DNA from: an uncultured Planctomycetia bacterium
GTDB lineage: Bacteria > Omnitrophota > Gorgyraeia > Tantalellales > Tantalellaceae
DNA length: 64,000 bases
Assembly (NCBI GenBank): GCA_964409365.1
Contig: CAYPCX010000002.1
Location: forward strand, 96,984-160,983
Direction of reading: 5' to 3'
In this document: positions 24,001 to 36,000 of the stretch, piece by piece
How positions within the stretch are numbered: the first letter of the stretch is position 1
How the letters are laid out: every line of letters begins with the position of its first letter
Notes under the pieces: generated by a model
The model's input: only the letters and a program-made list of their open reading frames with translations
Told to the model about the DNA's origin: nothing
Database searches by the model: none
Translations under genes and position numbers: made by a program

Positions 24001-27000
24001 TCGGCGCTGAGGACGTGGAAAAGGATGAAATATACGCCTGCGTGGTCGATACCGGAGAGATACTGAACCGCATAAACGAGAGTACCGGGAGCATTGGGAA
24101 ACTGTACGGGCATTCCCAGCGCACGCTGTATTCCATGGCCGGCGTCATAAGCGCGGGAGCGGTATCCAACAGTTATGGCTACTCCCTGATAAAAGAAGCT
24201 ATCGCCAAAGCGAACGGCCAGCCCGTGGACATCATCGAATTCAAGAACAACCTGCCCGAGGGGTGGTACAAGTATTACGACCTGTGGTCGGATTACGCCA
24301 TAGAATGCATGGCGGAAGATCTCGGCGAAGAGCTGGTAGAGTTCGGCAGCGAGCTGTACGCGCGCGCGGCGGCCGATGCCGCGGACAAATGGGAGTATAT
24401 CACGGAACTCGAGACGAGCAAGAGGAACCTCTACTCCAAACGTGAGAGGGTGAATAACCAGATCAACACGATAGAGATACAGCTTGAAAAGGCCATCGAG
24501 GAATATGAGGAGGCCTGTGAGGCCTGGGTCCAGAGCGGCGATGAAGAGGGAGACCGTTCTTCCGCCCTCGAGATAAGGATGTTGAGCCGCAGGTTCGATA
24601 AGGAACGCCTGGAGGAAAGGCTCGAAGAGCAGGAGAGGGCCCTTGAAGTCCTCGGCGAGATACCCGGGATGGGTGGCCACCTTGACGAGATAGTCGAGAT
24701 GCTGGGCGGTAAGTCCGGCGAGCCGAAGGAGTGGACCACTAAATATACTACCGGGACGCGGGAGGAATGGCTTGACGATTTCCGCGAAACGACCATGGAA
24801 AACGGTAAACTGATAAGAGGTGATTGGTATTACTGTTATGACGCGGAAGACGAACAGTACAGGATCGCCGGTGACATGGGCGGCGGGTTTGACGGGGCCT
24901 GGGAAGATTACATGACCGCGTTCGAACGGTCCAAGAACGTCAGGATAGATGTGATAGGGTTCAAGGTCGAAAAGACGGCCACCATTTACGATACCGAAGA
25001 AACGCTTGTCGAGCCCAACACCGACGACATCGCTTTCACGGAGAACCCGCGCCAGGGCGATCCGATAGATTACGTCATATCCTTTGAGGATAACCGCATA
25101 ACGAATATATGGAGGACGGAAGAGGTAGCCGGGGAGAAGGTGGTCATCGAGCAGCCGGCCACACCCAAAGACGATAAATTCAGGGTATGGCTGGTGAGCG
25201 ACGGTACCGATAACGTCATATGGAAGGGCGAATGGGACACGGATTCGCAGATGTACGAGAACTATAGCACCGGGGTCGCGATAAGCCATACGGTCGATCT
25301 CTCTTATGAAGGCGAGATGTACATGGCGAGTTTCAAGACCGGTGAGTACAAGACCCTGGCCGAAAGGGTGGGGTCGCTCTCCAACGAGCTGTATCACATG
25401 CTCGGCGAGGTCGTCGGTAGTACTGAATATGAAAAAGCCGCCTCAGACGTATCCCTCAGGACACGTTCGGTCAACAACGGCCTGATAAAGCTGAGGGCGA
25501 AAATAGAGGACGCCGATTCAAGGAACGACGATTACGTGTCAGCCTCCGACCAGGCGGCCCTCAAGAAGGCCCTCACCGACAGCCTGCTCGCCGTCCAGAA
25601 CCGCGAGGATTTTTATAACGCCCTGGGAAGAGGCGCCACCGATGACGAGACGATACAGATCCTCCATACGCGGGTCGAGAGGTACGAGGAATTGATGGAA
25701 GAGCTGGCCGCGGACGTGGAAGACACCAAAACGTTCAGCCAGAATTCCACTATTATCGGCCTTATAGAGGACCTTGCTTTCATGGCGAAAGCGGCGAATG
25801 ACAAGGCCGAAGAGATAGGAGGCGCGGGCGCGGGCGACGCGGTCACGAGGGACGTCTGCGACCTGGCAAGGTCCGTGAGCCTCCTGGAGAAGATACGCCA
25901 GCAGAAGGAGGAGGAATATGACCAGGCGAAGGCGGCCTATGAGAACTATGACAGGGAGACCCAGCTGGAATACCAGCATTACCTGAACCTTGCCAGGGCC
26001 AAAGACGAACTGGCCGAAGAATATGAAGCAAGGATAGGCGAGACCGGACGGCAGCTCGGCGTGTATATCGGATCGAGCAATGCTGATTATATCAGCAGTA
26101 CCCAGGACGTCGAAGGGCTGAAAGAGCTCCTCCTCGATGATGACAGTTTGAAGGTCGTCGTGACCGAAGGTATATTCGGCCATATGCTCAAGCAGCATAC
26201 TAATGCAGAGGAGGAGATGGAACGCCTGGAAGAGGCCGTTCAGCAGAAGAGCGGCGAACTTGACGCCCTGCTCGGGGCGATGGACTGGAGCGACTCCGGG
26301 ATGCGGGTGGACCTGCTGAAAGCGAGGAAAGAATACGAGGATACGAAACTCGCGTTCAACGAGGCGGACAGGATAATGGAAGAACTGGAAGCCGAAAAGG
26401 AAAAGATGGTAAGGGAGATAGATACCATGCTGGATGAGCAGCTCCTCAATATGGAGAACCTTGAACAGGCCATAGAGGATTCAGCCAGCGCTAAAGAAAC
26501 GGCAGAGAACCTTGATCCCGAAGCGGGCCTCGATCCCGAAAAGAAAGCCAGCCTGGAGAAAGCCCTGGATACGGCCAAATATGAGCTGGATGAGGCGAGA
26601 GAGGACTGGAAGAACGCCCTTATCGCTTTTATAGACTTTACCGAACCGGGCGGCGGCATCCAGGGCTTTACCGAGACGGAAACGGCGATAGTGGACATAT
26701 ACAAGCCGCAGCTTCTCGACAGCATAGTGACCCCGCGCGTGATCGCCACGGATAAATCGACGGCCGAGACGAACGCGCTTATCGAGTTCGCCAATGCTTA
26801 TAAAGTAGAGGCCGAGGGCGAGGAAGGTGCGAGCTATTACCTTGACGACGACATGGAACGAATGGTTACCATGCAGCTGGAAGCGATGTATGATTCATCC
26901 AGCGACATCGCCGATATCGTGGACATACTCAATACTTCCGGGTACGGTAGCGCTATTTCAGGCACGATAGCGGATAAGGTCCAGGCGTTTGAGGAGGCCC

Positions 27001-30000
27001 TCGGGAACGACCTGCCCGAGGTATGGGCGGCGCTCCAGCCGGACGGGGAAGGTATCGTTCCCGGCAGATCCGTGCTGAACCTTGACGAGACACGGCTGCC
27101 GGATATCGTGCTGGAGGCGGGCGAGATGGAAGACGCGCTCCGGCTTGTTTCCGAGGTGTCCAGCGACCTTTCGATAGAAGAGTTCGGCGCGCAGGACACG
27201 CAGACCACCAGTATCATGGACATGCTGGACAAGAAGGGCCTGGCCCTGCCCAACACCCTGGTCGGGATAGCCGCCGAGGCGGATGCCCTTACCGATAAAT
27301 ACGGTTATGCCAGTGATATGGACCTTGCCCGCAAACATTTCAAGGAACTCGAGGACCTCGCCCAGGCGGCCCGCGAACTTGCGCTCATGGTCATACATAC
27401 GCCGGTAAGCGCCGAACTTGCCGATATCTCGGAAGAACTTGCGGATATCAGGCAGCGCGCCCAGGACGCGCACTACACGACCTGCGCGTATCTCGACCTG
27501 ATACCCGACGCGTCCAGCTATTCCGGTCCGAGAGATTCCCTTAAGAACGCGGCCGATATCGCGAAAAACCGCGCCATGGGCGCCGTGGATATACTTACGG
27601 AGATCCTGGTTTCGCTGACCGAACCGCTTTCGGTAGGGGAGTACGGGGCTATCTCGAAGACCAGGACTTACAGCCACGGCCGGCTTGTGGAAGAAGCCGT
27701 GTATGACGGGATAAAAGGCAAGGAAAAGGAACTGGCCTCGGTGAAATACTATACCGGGACGACGGACGTGGAAAGCATCACCACCTCGGAATATACCACG
27801 CACGGTGTGCTTCAGGAGCAGACAAGATACCGCCGGGATTACTTTATACCAGAGGCCGAGATCGAATACCTGACGACACCGGACATTAAACAGTACCGCG
27901 GCAGGGAACTGCCTGTGAAGACCACGACATATTATGATGACGGCACCACTACGGAAAGCATTACCGCTTACTTCTACGACCAGCTCACGCGGGGCCTTAC
28001 GCAGACCCAGAACGTGAGGTATGACGAGATCTCCAACGGTCCCGAGCTGGGCAGTTTTACGGTAGCCAGTTTCACCGACGCGTTCTACCAGCCCGAGGAA
28101 CCCGGAAGGGGCAGGCTGGACCGCACCGCTACTTACGACCTGGGCGAGGGCGACTGGCTTATTTCCACCGATTCCACGGTAGCGGCGCCGTCGGAAGACC
28201 TCTTGTTGACCGAGGAGATATATCATTACAGCGCGCCGAACGTCGATGAGAGTCTGCAGGCCCTGGAGGGGCTCTTCGTCAAGGAAAGGCTCCAGAGGAA
28301 AGAGACCCACACCTTCATGCTTGACGGGAGCGAAGAGATAGGCGATACCTTCTACAGCGGTTTCCGCGGGTTCGAAAAAGCCGAGAGAACGGCGGGATAT
28401 ATCCCGGGGACCACCACTCCGAAAACGCAGACCAGTTACGAATACGGTTCGGCCATGCGGGACCTGTACCAGACGACGAGCGTCGACTTAAGGAGCAATA
28501 TCACGCGGACGTCCATATTCGTAGGGTATGAGGGCGAGGAGAAAGTGGAAACGGTAAAAGAGTTCCGCGAGAGCGCCCAGACAGACCCGGATACGGGCAA
28601 GCCCCTGGAAGAACTGGACAGGATCACGAGAAATTACTACTCCACTGACGGCCGGCTTCTGCGCAGGACGGTGGACCGTTACACGCCTTACGGCAGCCAC
28701 CTCTTCGGCAAGAAACCCGTCACCAGGACGATCTATGAATACGGCGGAGAGATCGGCCACGAGAGGATAATGAAAGAGACCGATGACAGGGGAGTAGTCC
28801 ACTATTACAGGTATTTCATGGATGATGACAAAGGCCTCATAACGGCGATCGCTACCAACCCCGAAAAGTTCGAGACGGGAGCCCTGCCCGACTTCGACAC
28901 CCAGGTGCTTTCCAGGGACCTCGTCTATGCCGTCTACCAGGACCCGAACTATATACCCACGTCCGAAGGGACGGTGGTGTTCACCAACAGGGACGGCAAT
29001 ACCATCATGATGGTCGACCAGTACGGCACCGTGCAGAAGTTCGACTACCTGACCGACGCAGACGGCATCGTCTACGACGGACGCGGCAGGATACAGGAGA
29101 CTTACGTGTACCTGCCGGACGGCACCAAGATCACCAAAGGCCCCGACGGGTTCAAGATAGCCGAAGAAAGGCGTGATACCCGCGGCAACCTGATAACCAT
29201 GACTTACAAGTATGACAGGGACGGCGACGGTGAGGCGGACGAGAACGATTGCGGGGAAGATGTCATTACCGACGAGTACGGCAACGCGGACCTCATGGTG
29301 ATAACCTGGACGGATTATATTTACGAGAAGGTCACCGACGATACGGAAGTCACCATCCAGGTCGACCATGAGCAGGTCTACAAGTACGGTATGCTCTACA
29401 TGCAGAAAGCCGTGAGGAAGGACCAGGAAGACTGGCATTCCAGGTGGGTCAAACGGTCCGACGGCGTGTGGGAGCTCCGTTTCGCTAGAAATGAGGCGGA
29501 TATAGAGGATCCGGAATCGTTCACCCTTGAAGTGGACTCGGAGACCGGCGCCATAATAAGCGCCAGGACCTGGGTAGATGAAGAGGATGAAGAAAAGGGC
29601 ACGCAGGAGAGCCGGGTAGAGCTCACGCCGGCCCAGTACGGCGGCGGTAACTACGATTTCTTCGCCAAGAAGGTCGAAGGCATTTGCGGCGGCCAGGACG
29701 GCTATGTTGTCTATGTCTACAAAGGCGAGAGCCTGAACGACAAGTCGATCTACCTCGGCATGAGGGTGATGTACCCGATAGAAGCGGACGGCACTATCGG
29801 CAACATCTACGAACTTATTGACCGCGTCGCCGGGACCGTAAGCGAGTGGAAGGACGAAGAAGGCAGGGATAAAGAACTGAAGATAGGCAACGACCCAGGC
29901 CAGAGCGAATATTACATTTTTACCCGGGCGCCGAAAACCGAGAAAGAACTTATTTATTACAGCCAGAGGGAGGACATGGACTTCCAGCTTGAAGGCGGGA

Positions 30001-33000
30001 TGGTGACGCTCGATGACGGCACTGTCGTGGAACGGGAGGCCCTGGAAGAAGCCATAAGCATGATCCAGGACGGCTTCATGACACTGGAAGCGGAAGTGCA
30101 GAACGCCAGGCTCTACAGGGATGAGCAGATCGGCGAAATTATCAGTAGTCTTGTTACCGAGACCCTGCAGCCCGAGATCGAGAAGGAGAACCGCGGCAAG
30201 AGGAAGATCACCTACACCTGGCAGTTCAACAAGGGCGGGGCCTCGACAGCCACCCAAAAAGCAACAGGCGGTGTGCTTGGCGGCAACGCGGGCGAAGTTC
30301 TTCAATGTCCGGCTTTTCCGGAGGGGACCGGAGAAAGTGGGACCGGGGGATATAATCCCAATTGGATGGTTTGGCAAGGCCTTACGACAGGTACTGTCAT
30401 GTCGGCTGTGGGGGTCTCACTGACTACGATGGATATCATGAATGCTGCTACTTTCCCGGCGGATTTCAGCCCGGTCTACCCGACGCATGACTGGTGGCCT
30501 AAGGGAAACAGTATCGAGATAGACGAAGAAGGCAACGTCGCCGGTGGCACGCTATACAGGTATGGAGCCACCGAAACGATAAAAGGGGACGAGATAGACC
30601 TCACCGAGTACAAGAACTGGCTGACGGCGCTGGAAGATTACGCGAGCGGACAGTTATGGGAAGACGTCTCGGAATATGTCGACTGGGCGGCCTACTTCAA
30701 GAGGAAGATGGCGGAGCTGAACGAGTCGGAAGATGAAAGGGAGAAAAGGCTCGCTGAAGGCAAGAGCCTTGAGGTGGAACCGCTGGAAGAGGACGAGCTC
30801 AGTTACAAAACGGAAGACGTTTTCGACGGGCGGGATGACATAATGGGTTTCGTGAACTGGCTCGTCGCTCGCGGAAGGCTTTCGGGGGTCCTCCTTGATT
30901 CCATGGTAGAACAGCTTGCCGGCGGATACCAACCGGTGCTCGATGATGAAGGGGATTATATCTGGGAAGAAGAGGATTATACGGACAGTAATGGGAACGG
31001 GACATACGATCCGGGCGAGCCTTTCGTGGATACGAACGGCAACGGCCGGCCCGATGTCGACGAAGACCTGAACGATAACCATAAACTTGACGATAACGAG
31101 ATCGATCATAACGGTGACGGTGAGCTGACCAGAGGATATAAGGTAAGGCGAGAACATATCGATCCTTATTATAAAGGCGATGTGGAAGTCCTCAACTGGA
31201 TAGAAGGCCTGGAGGGACAGCTCTCTGAGGCATTTGAGGAGATAGCCCGGATCTATATCGAGTACGAGGAAGAAAAACGCGAGATGATCTATGACTTCCT
31301 GTATTCGGACGCGTTGAGGCCCCTGTCGGAAAAGGACGACGGCAACAGCGATAACGACCCCGGCGATACGCTGAGACCGATATTCACAAAAGACCTCTTG
31401 ACCACGATCCTTGGAGGGGACGGCCAACAGGTAGAAGATCAGGATTACCTTGATGAAGGCCTTGCGTATTATAACTACCTGGTGACGCAGATGAAGGACC
31501 AGGCCAATTTTGTGATCAATACAAGGCTGGGCAGCGAGTACAGCAGGAAGGCCTCCGTCACGGGTTCTTACGCGCCCAAGGAAACGCCGGAAGAAGAGAA
31601 AGAGGCCGGGGAAGAGGAACTGGAACCGTCACCGGCGCCTGTGTGGATACCCGGCCAGATCGAATCGACGTCGACGCCGGAAGACGAGGAAGAAGACGAA
31701 GAGGAAGACGAGGCGATCAAGCGTCTTAAAGAATGGCTGGCGAGTATTGGCTATTTTGACGACGAGAACGGGGATGTCGATGAAGATGAAAAGAAAGGGT
31801 TTACCCCGGGAACACTTCAGCATTACATGTATGCTCTCCAGAAGATTTTCTGGGATTTCGAGGCATCACGACAGCAGCTGGCCGAAGACATCAGGAGGAA
31901 AGAGCTCTGGTTGGACGGATCATTTGATGAGAACGGTAACCTTGCGGGGGCCGACGATACCGAGTTCCAGGAGAACGTGATATTCCCGGTTGGTTATGAC
32001 GCCGATACCTATCTCGAAAATTACATAAAGAACGGTTTCTGGGACCAGGGCCAGATCAGCATCGAACCCGGCGAGAACCAGGCCCTTAACCAGGCCGAGG
32101 CGGCGAGCGCGGAAGCCCTCGAAACGGGCCTCATCGATATTTTTGAGGACTTCATGGCCACGAGGCCCACGGACGGCTCGCCATGGAAGGCGTTCGAATC
32201 AGAAAAGCTCGAACACCTGAGAGAGTACCTGACAAAGGCCGAACTTTACATGCGCGGCACCCTCGGTCTTGATCCGGAGCTTAACCGGCGCGAGTGGCAG
32301 CCCGGCGACTGGGACAGTTTCATAGACGAGGCCAAGGTGCCGGAGTTCTATACCGATTACGGCGACCAGAAGACCAACCTAGCCGCGTACGCCACGTTCA
32401 AGTACGTGGAACTGACCCTCGCGTTCCTCGAGACGCTGGACCAGACGCGCGAGCAGTATGACCTGCCGAACATGGCCAGGAGCCTTATAAACGAGATCAG
32501 GCAGTACAGCCCGCAGTCCGATAAGGGTTCGGAGGAAAGGGACGAGGCTCTCCAGGAACAGGGCCTGTACCCGGACAAGAACAACCCGTACGAGTATGAA
32601 AGCCTGGCGTCGTGGAAGGAAGACGTACTGGAGAGGCTTTACAACTTCCTGGACGATCCCGACCAGGCCAAGGACCCGCAATACGCGCTCGCGGAGGTCA
32701 TACACGAGGCGGCCACGCTTAAGCTGGAACTCGCCAAGGAAGAGATAGAGCGCATACAGATCAGGAAGATGCAGGAATATGAAAAGCTTTACAGCGATTT
32801 CTACAGCAACGTCTACAGCCCCGCCAAGTACGCGGTCCTGGATATGACCGAGGAGAACACCTGGCAGCCCAGGACAGAGATAGTGAAACTCAAGAAAGTG
32901 GAAGACGGCGAGCTTTATCAGTCAGGCAAGCATTTCATACTTAAGGGGAACGCCGATGTGGAGGACGGTGTAGGGGAAGCGTCCTCGGCCGGCGGCAGTT

Positions 33001-36000
33001 ACGACATCAACATAAACCAGTGCGTCGGTTTCAGTTTGACGGATGAATATGGCACCGAAAGTTACCAGCCCCAGGAGCGGAACGGCCATCTCTATGTCTG
33101 GATACTCGGGGATGAATATAAGCTTCTCTCGGTGTCTTCCGGAGAGCTCACGGACGATGAGAAGAAGAAGGACATGGGATGCAACGAGTATGAAGAGCTG
33201 CCCCTCTACGTCGGCAAACTGCACGACGAAGCTTACATGGAGCTTACTTACCTTAGAAGTGACGAGGCCAGCCGGAACGTGTTCGACCTGCGGGAAGAAG
33301 AGCTTTACAGGGAATACGCCGCCGAGATAGGCATGGGCGGCAGCGCGCTCGCCAGGCTCTATACGTTGATCGAGAAATTCTACGCCAAACGTCTCTTGGA
33401 GAACGCGGAGAGTTTTGAAGGCGGCCTTATAAGCGAAGAAGAGTTCATCCGGAACATCCTCAGGATCAAGTCCTACCGCGAGAGCTACAGGGAGCTTGTC
33501 GATAATTACCTCCTGGGCACGTCCGAGAAAATAGACCTCGAGAACCTCGTTGAAGAAGGTATAAGCGTACCCGGGCTTAACCTCGCGGATGAGGAAACCA
33601 AGGACAGGCTGTACGGCATACTGGAAGACGCCGTGACCTACATGTCCGAGCAGGAGAAGAGGGAGTTCCTGAGGGGCAAAGAGCTTACCAGTCTTCTCCA
33701 GAAGTTCGATTCCCTCTTTGAGGTCATGCTGGAGATGTACGAAGGGGCTATATATAACAACAGGTATGTCGCCGGCGAGGACGGGGCCGCGGGGCTTTGG
33801 AACCTCAAGAACGATATTTTCAGCGGTAGCCATATTATCGCGATCGATGACGCGCTGAACCTTATGCTCAATGAAGAGCAGGCGTGCAGGACGGAGTACC
33901 TTAACAGCGTACAGAACGTCAGGGGCGAGTTCGTGGAAGCTCTCGGTGAAGCCGCCGGCCAGATAGGCGGTACGGGTGCGAGGATCACTTCTTTCTTCGA
34001 TCTCGAGTCTTGGGTGCCGGATGATGATGACCTGGAAAAGTTCAAAAAAGCCGTCACGCCCGACGCCGAAGGGAACAACGATGTTGCCGAAATACTCGGT
34101 GAAGCGATCCTCAAGAAACTCGTCGGCGATGACGAGACGATAACGAAATACTGGGAGAACGACAGCGTTATGAACCAGCTCGGAGCGGGCCTTTCACAGT
34201 ATATAGCCTGGGCGAACTGGAAACTGTCTACAGCCCCCGCGGGCACTTGGAGCGGCCAGAGCCTGGTGGACTCGAAGTTCATGAGGTATTCCTGCGCCAT
34301 GGAACTGATCCAGATGATGATAACCGATTTCACCTGTGAAGCGGGCCTGAACTTCGAGAACGCGGAAGGCGACTACGTGAGGAACTGGTTCGAAAGGTAC
34401 GGCCCCGAGCAGCACCTGAGCAATTTCGCGTATAACGATATCGATCCGGAGCTGCGCAACGCCGAAGTGGGCCGCAAGGTGATAGAGTCCTTTACCGGGG
34501 ACGCCTTCCTGCAGGGCGTGACGGAGATGGAGACCGAGATACAGACCGCTCTGGCGGAGATCATAGGCTACAATGTCGGGAGCTGCGATTACAGGGAATA
34601 CCAGACCGATCCGGGTGAGGCCGGATATAACTTCAGCGTGGTCGGCGAGGACCGTTATCACGACTACCAGGGCAACCTGGCAAAGAAGACCCAGGAGATA
34701 AACGACAAGGCTTTCCTCATGGTGGGCAACGACTCCAACGATACCGATCCGGAGAAAGACAGGGACTCCCTGATCGGGCATCTTGAAGGAGAAGGCACGC
34801 TGATATCAAGCTACAATTCCGCGGTGGAAAGCGCGATAGAGTCGTTCTCCGCCGGGATACCGGAACTGGTGCAGACGGTCGATAATATGACGCTCCAGAT
34901 GCCCGGCGGTGGCGCCGTGTATTGGGACAATATCTGGGGTACGAGAGAACCCAGGTCCCACCAGTACGATCTTAACGAGGTAAGCGACGTCGATTATTCC
35001 GAATTCGATATACGGGCGAAATACAGCGACCAGATCAAGGCTTTCCAGAGCACGGTCACGACGGCGAACAACGAATTCATGAACGGCCTCATGACACTCC
35101 TGTTCGTTTCGGGCGCCGAAAGCAAGGGTGAAATAGACTGGGGTGATCTGGACGGCTTCAGGGGCACGGTCCAGCCCAACGAAAGGTACGATACTGAAGG
35201 CAATATAAGCGCCCTCCGGGAAGATGTCCTGGGTGTCATGATAACGCAGAAGGATTTCTTCGAGGAAGCCGTGACCGAGACACGTGACACTTACGAGTAC
35301 GGCATGCCCGGCACCACCTGGTCGGATGTCCAAAGCGGCCTCGGGTTCGGCAGGATGTGGACGCACCTTTACGGCAAGGACAAGTTCCTGCAGTATTACG
35401 AGCCTGACTACACCAATTTCACCAACGACAAGACCTATGACGCGCTCGAGAGGACGGGCATGAGCTACATAATGGCCATCGGCATGCTGGGCGAGAACTC
35501 GTCCGGCGAGAAGGTCACGCAGAATATCGCCTGGCAGAGCTGGGAAGCCTACCGCAAGGAGGATATGCTCGGCGACGTGGAGCATGCCTATATGGTAAGC
35601 AGCCTTTCCGACGGTGTCAAGCAGTGGCTGATGGACGAGGAGGGCGAGCGCCTGCAGGAAAAGGCCTTTACCGGCACGAGCGAGGTAAGCTACGAGACCT
35701 ACGACATCCTCGAGCATTACATGGATAAGACGCCTCAGGGCATGCGGGGTGGCCACCAGAAGATGGAGCTTCGCGCGGACCTCATGCGGCCGCAGCTCAT
35801 AAGGTCATGGAGCGATGTGGGCCTGGAGATCTTTACGCGTGCCATCGACGCGGCGCTGTATGCTGTCTGGAGCGGGAAAGAATGGGTCCTGATGCCCATA
35901 GGCGGCATAATCTCTTACGATGAGCTGACGGGCCTGACAATAGACAGGGTGTTCCACGAAGACGGCACGACGCTCGATACAATGAAGCATCTCATCGAGA

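Noticed and set aside
27660-29960. Classical Rhs toxin-immunity module
   Set aside because: No PxxxxDPxG core motif, no C-terminal toxin tip and no small downstream immunity gene.
31570-31800. Glu/Pro-rich stretch as a distinct element
   Set aside because: It is an ordinary low-complexity linker.
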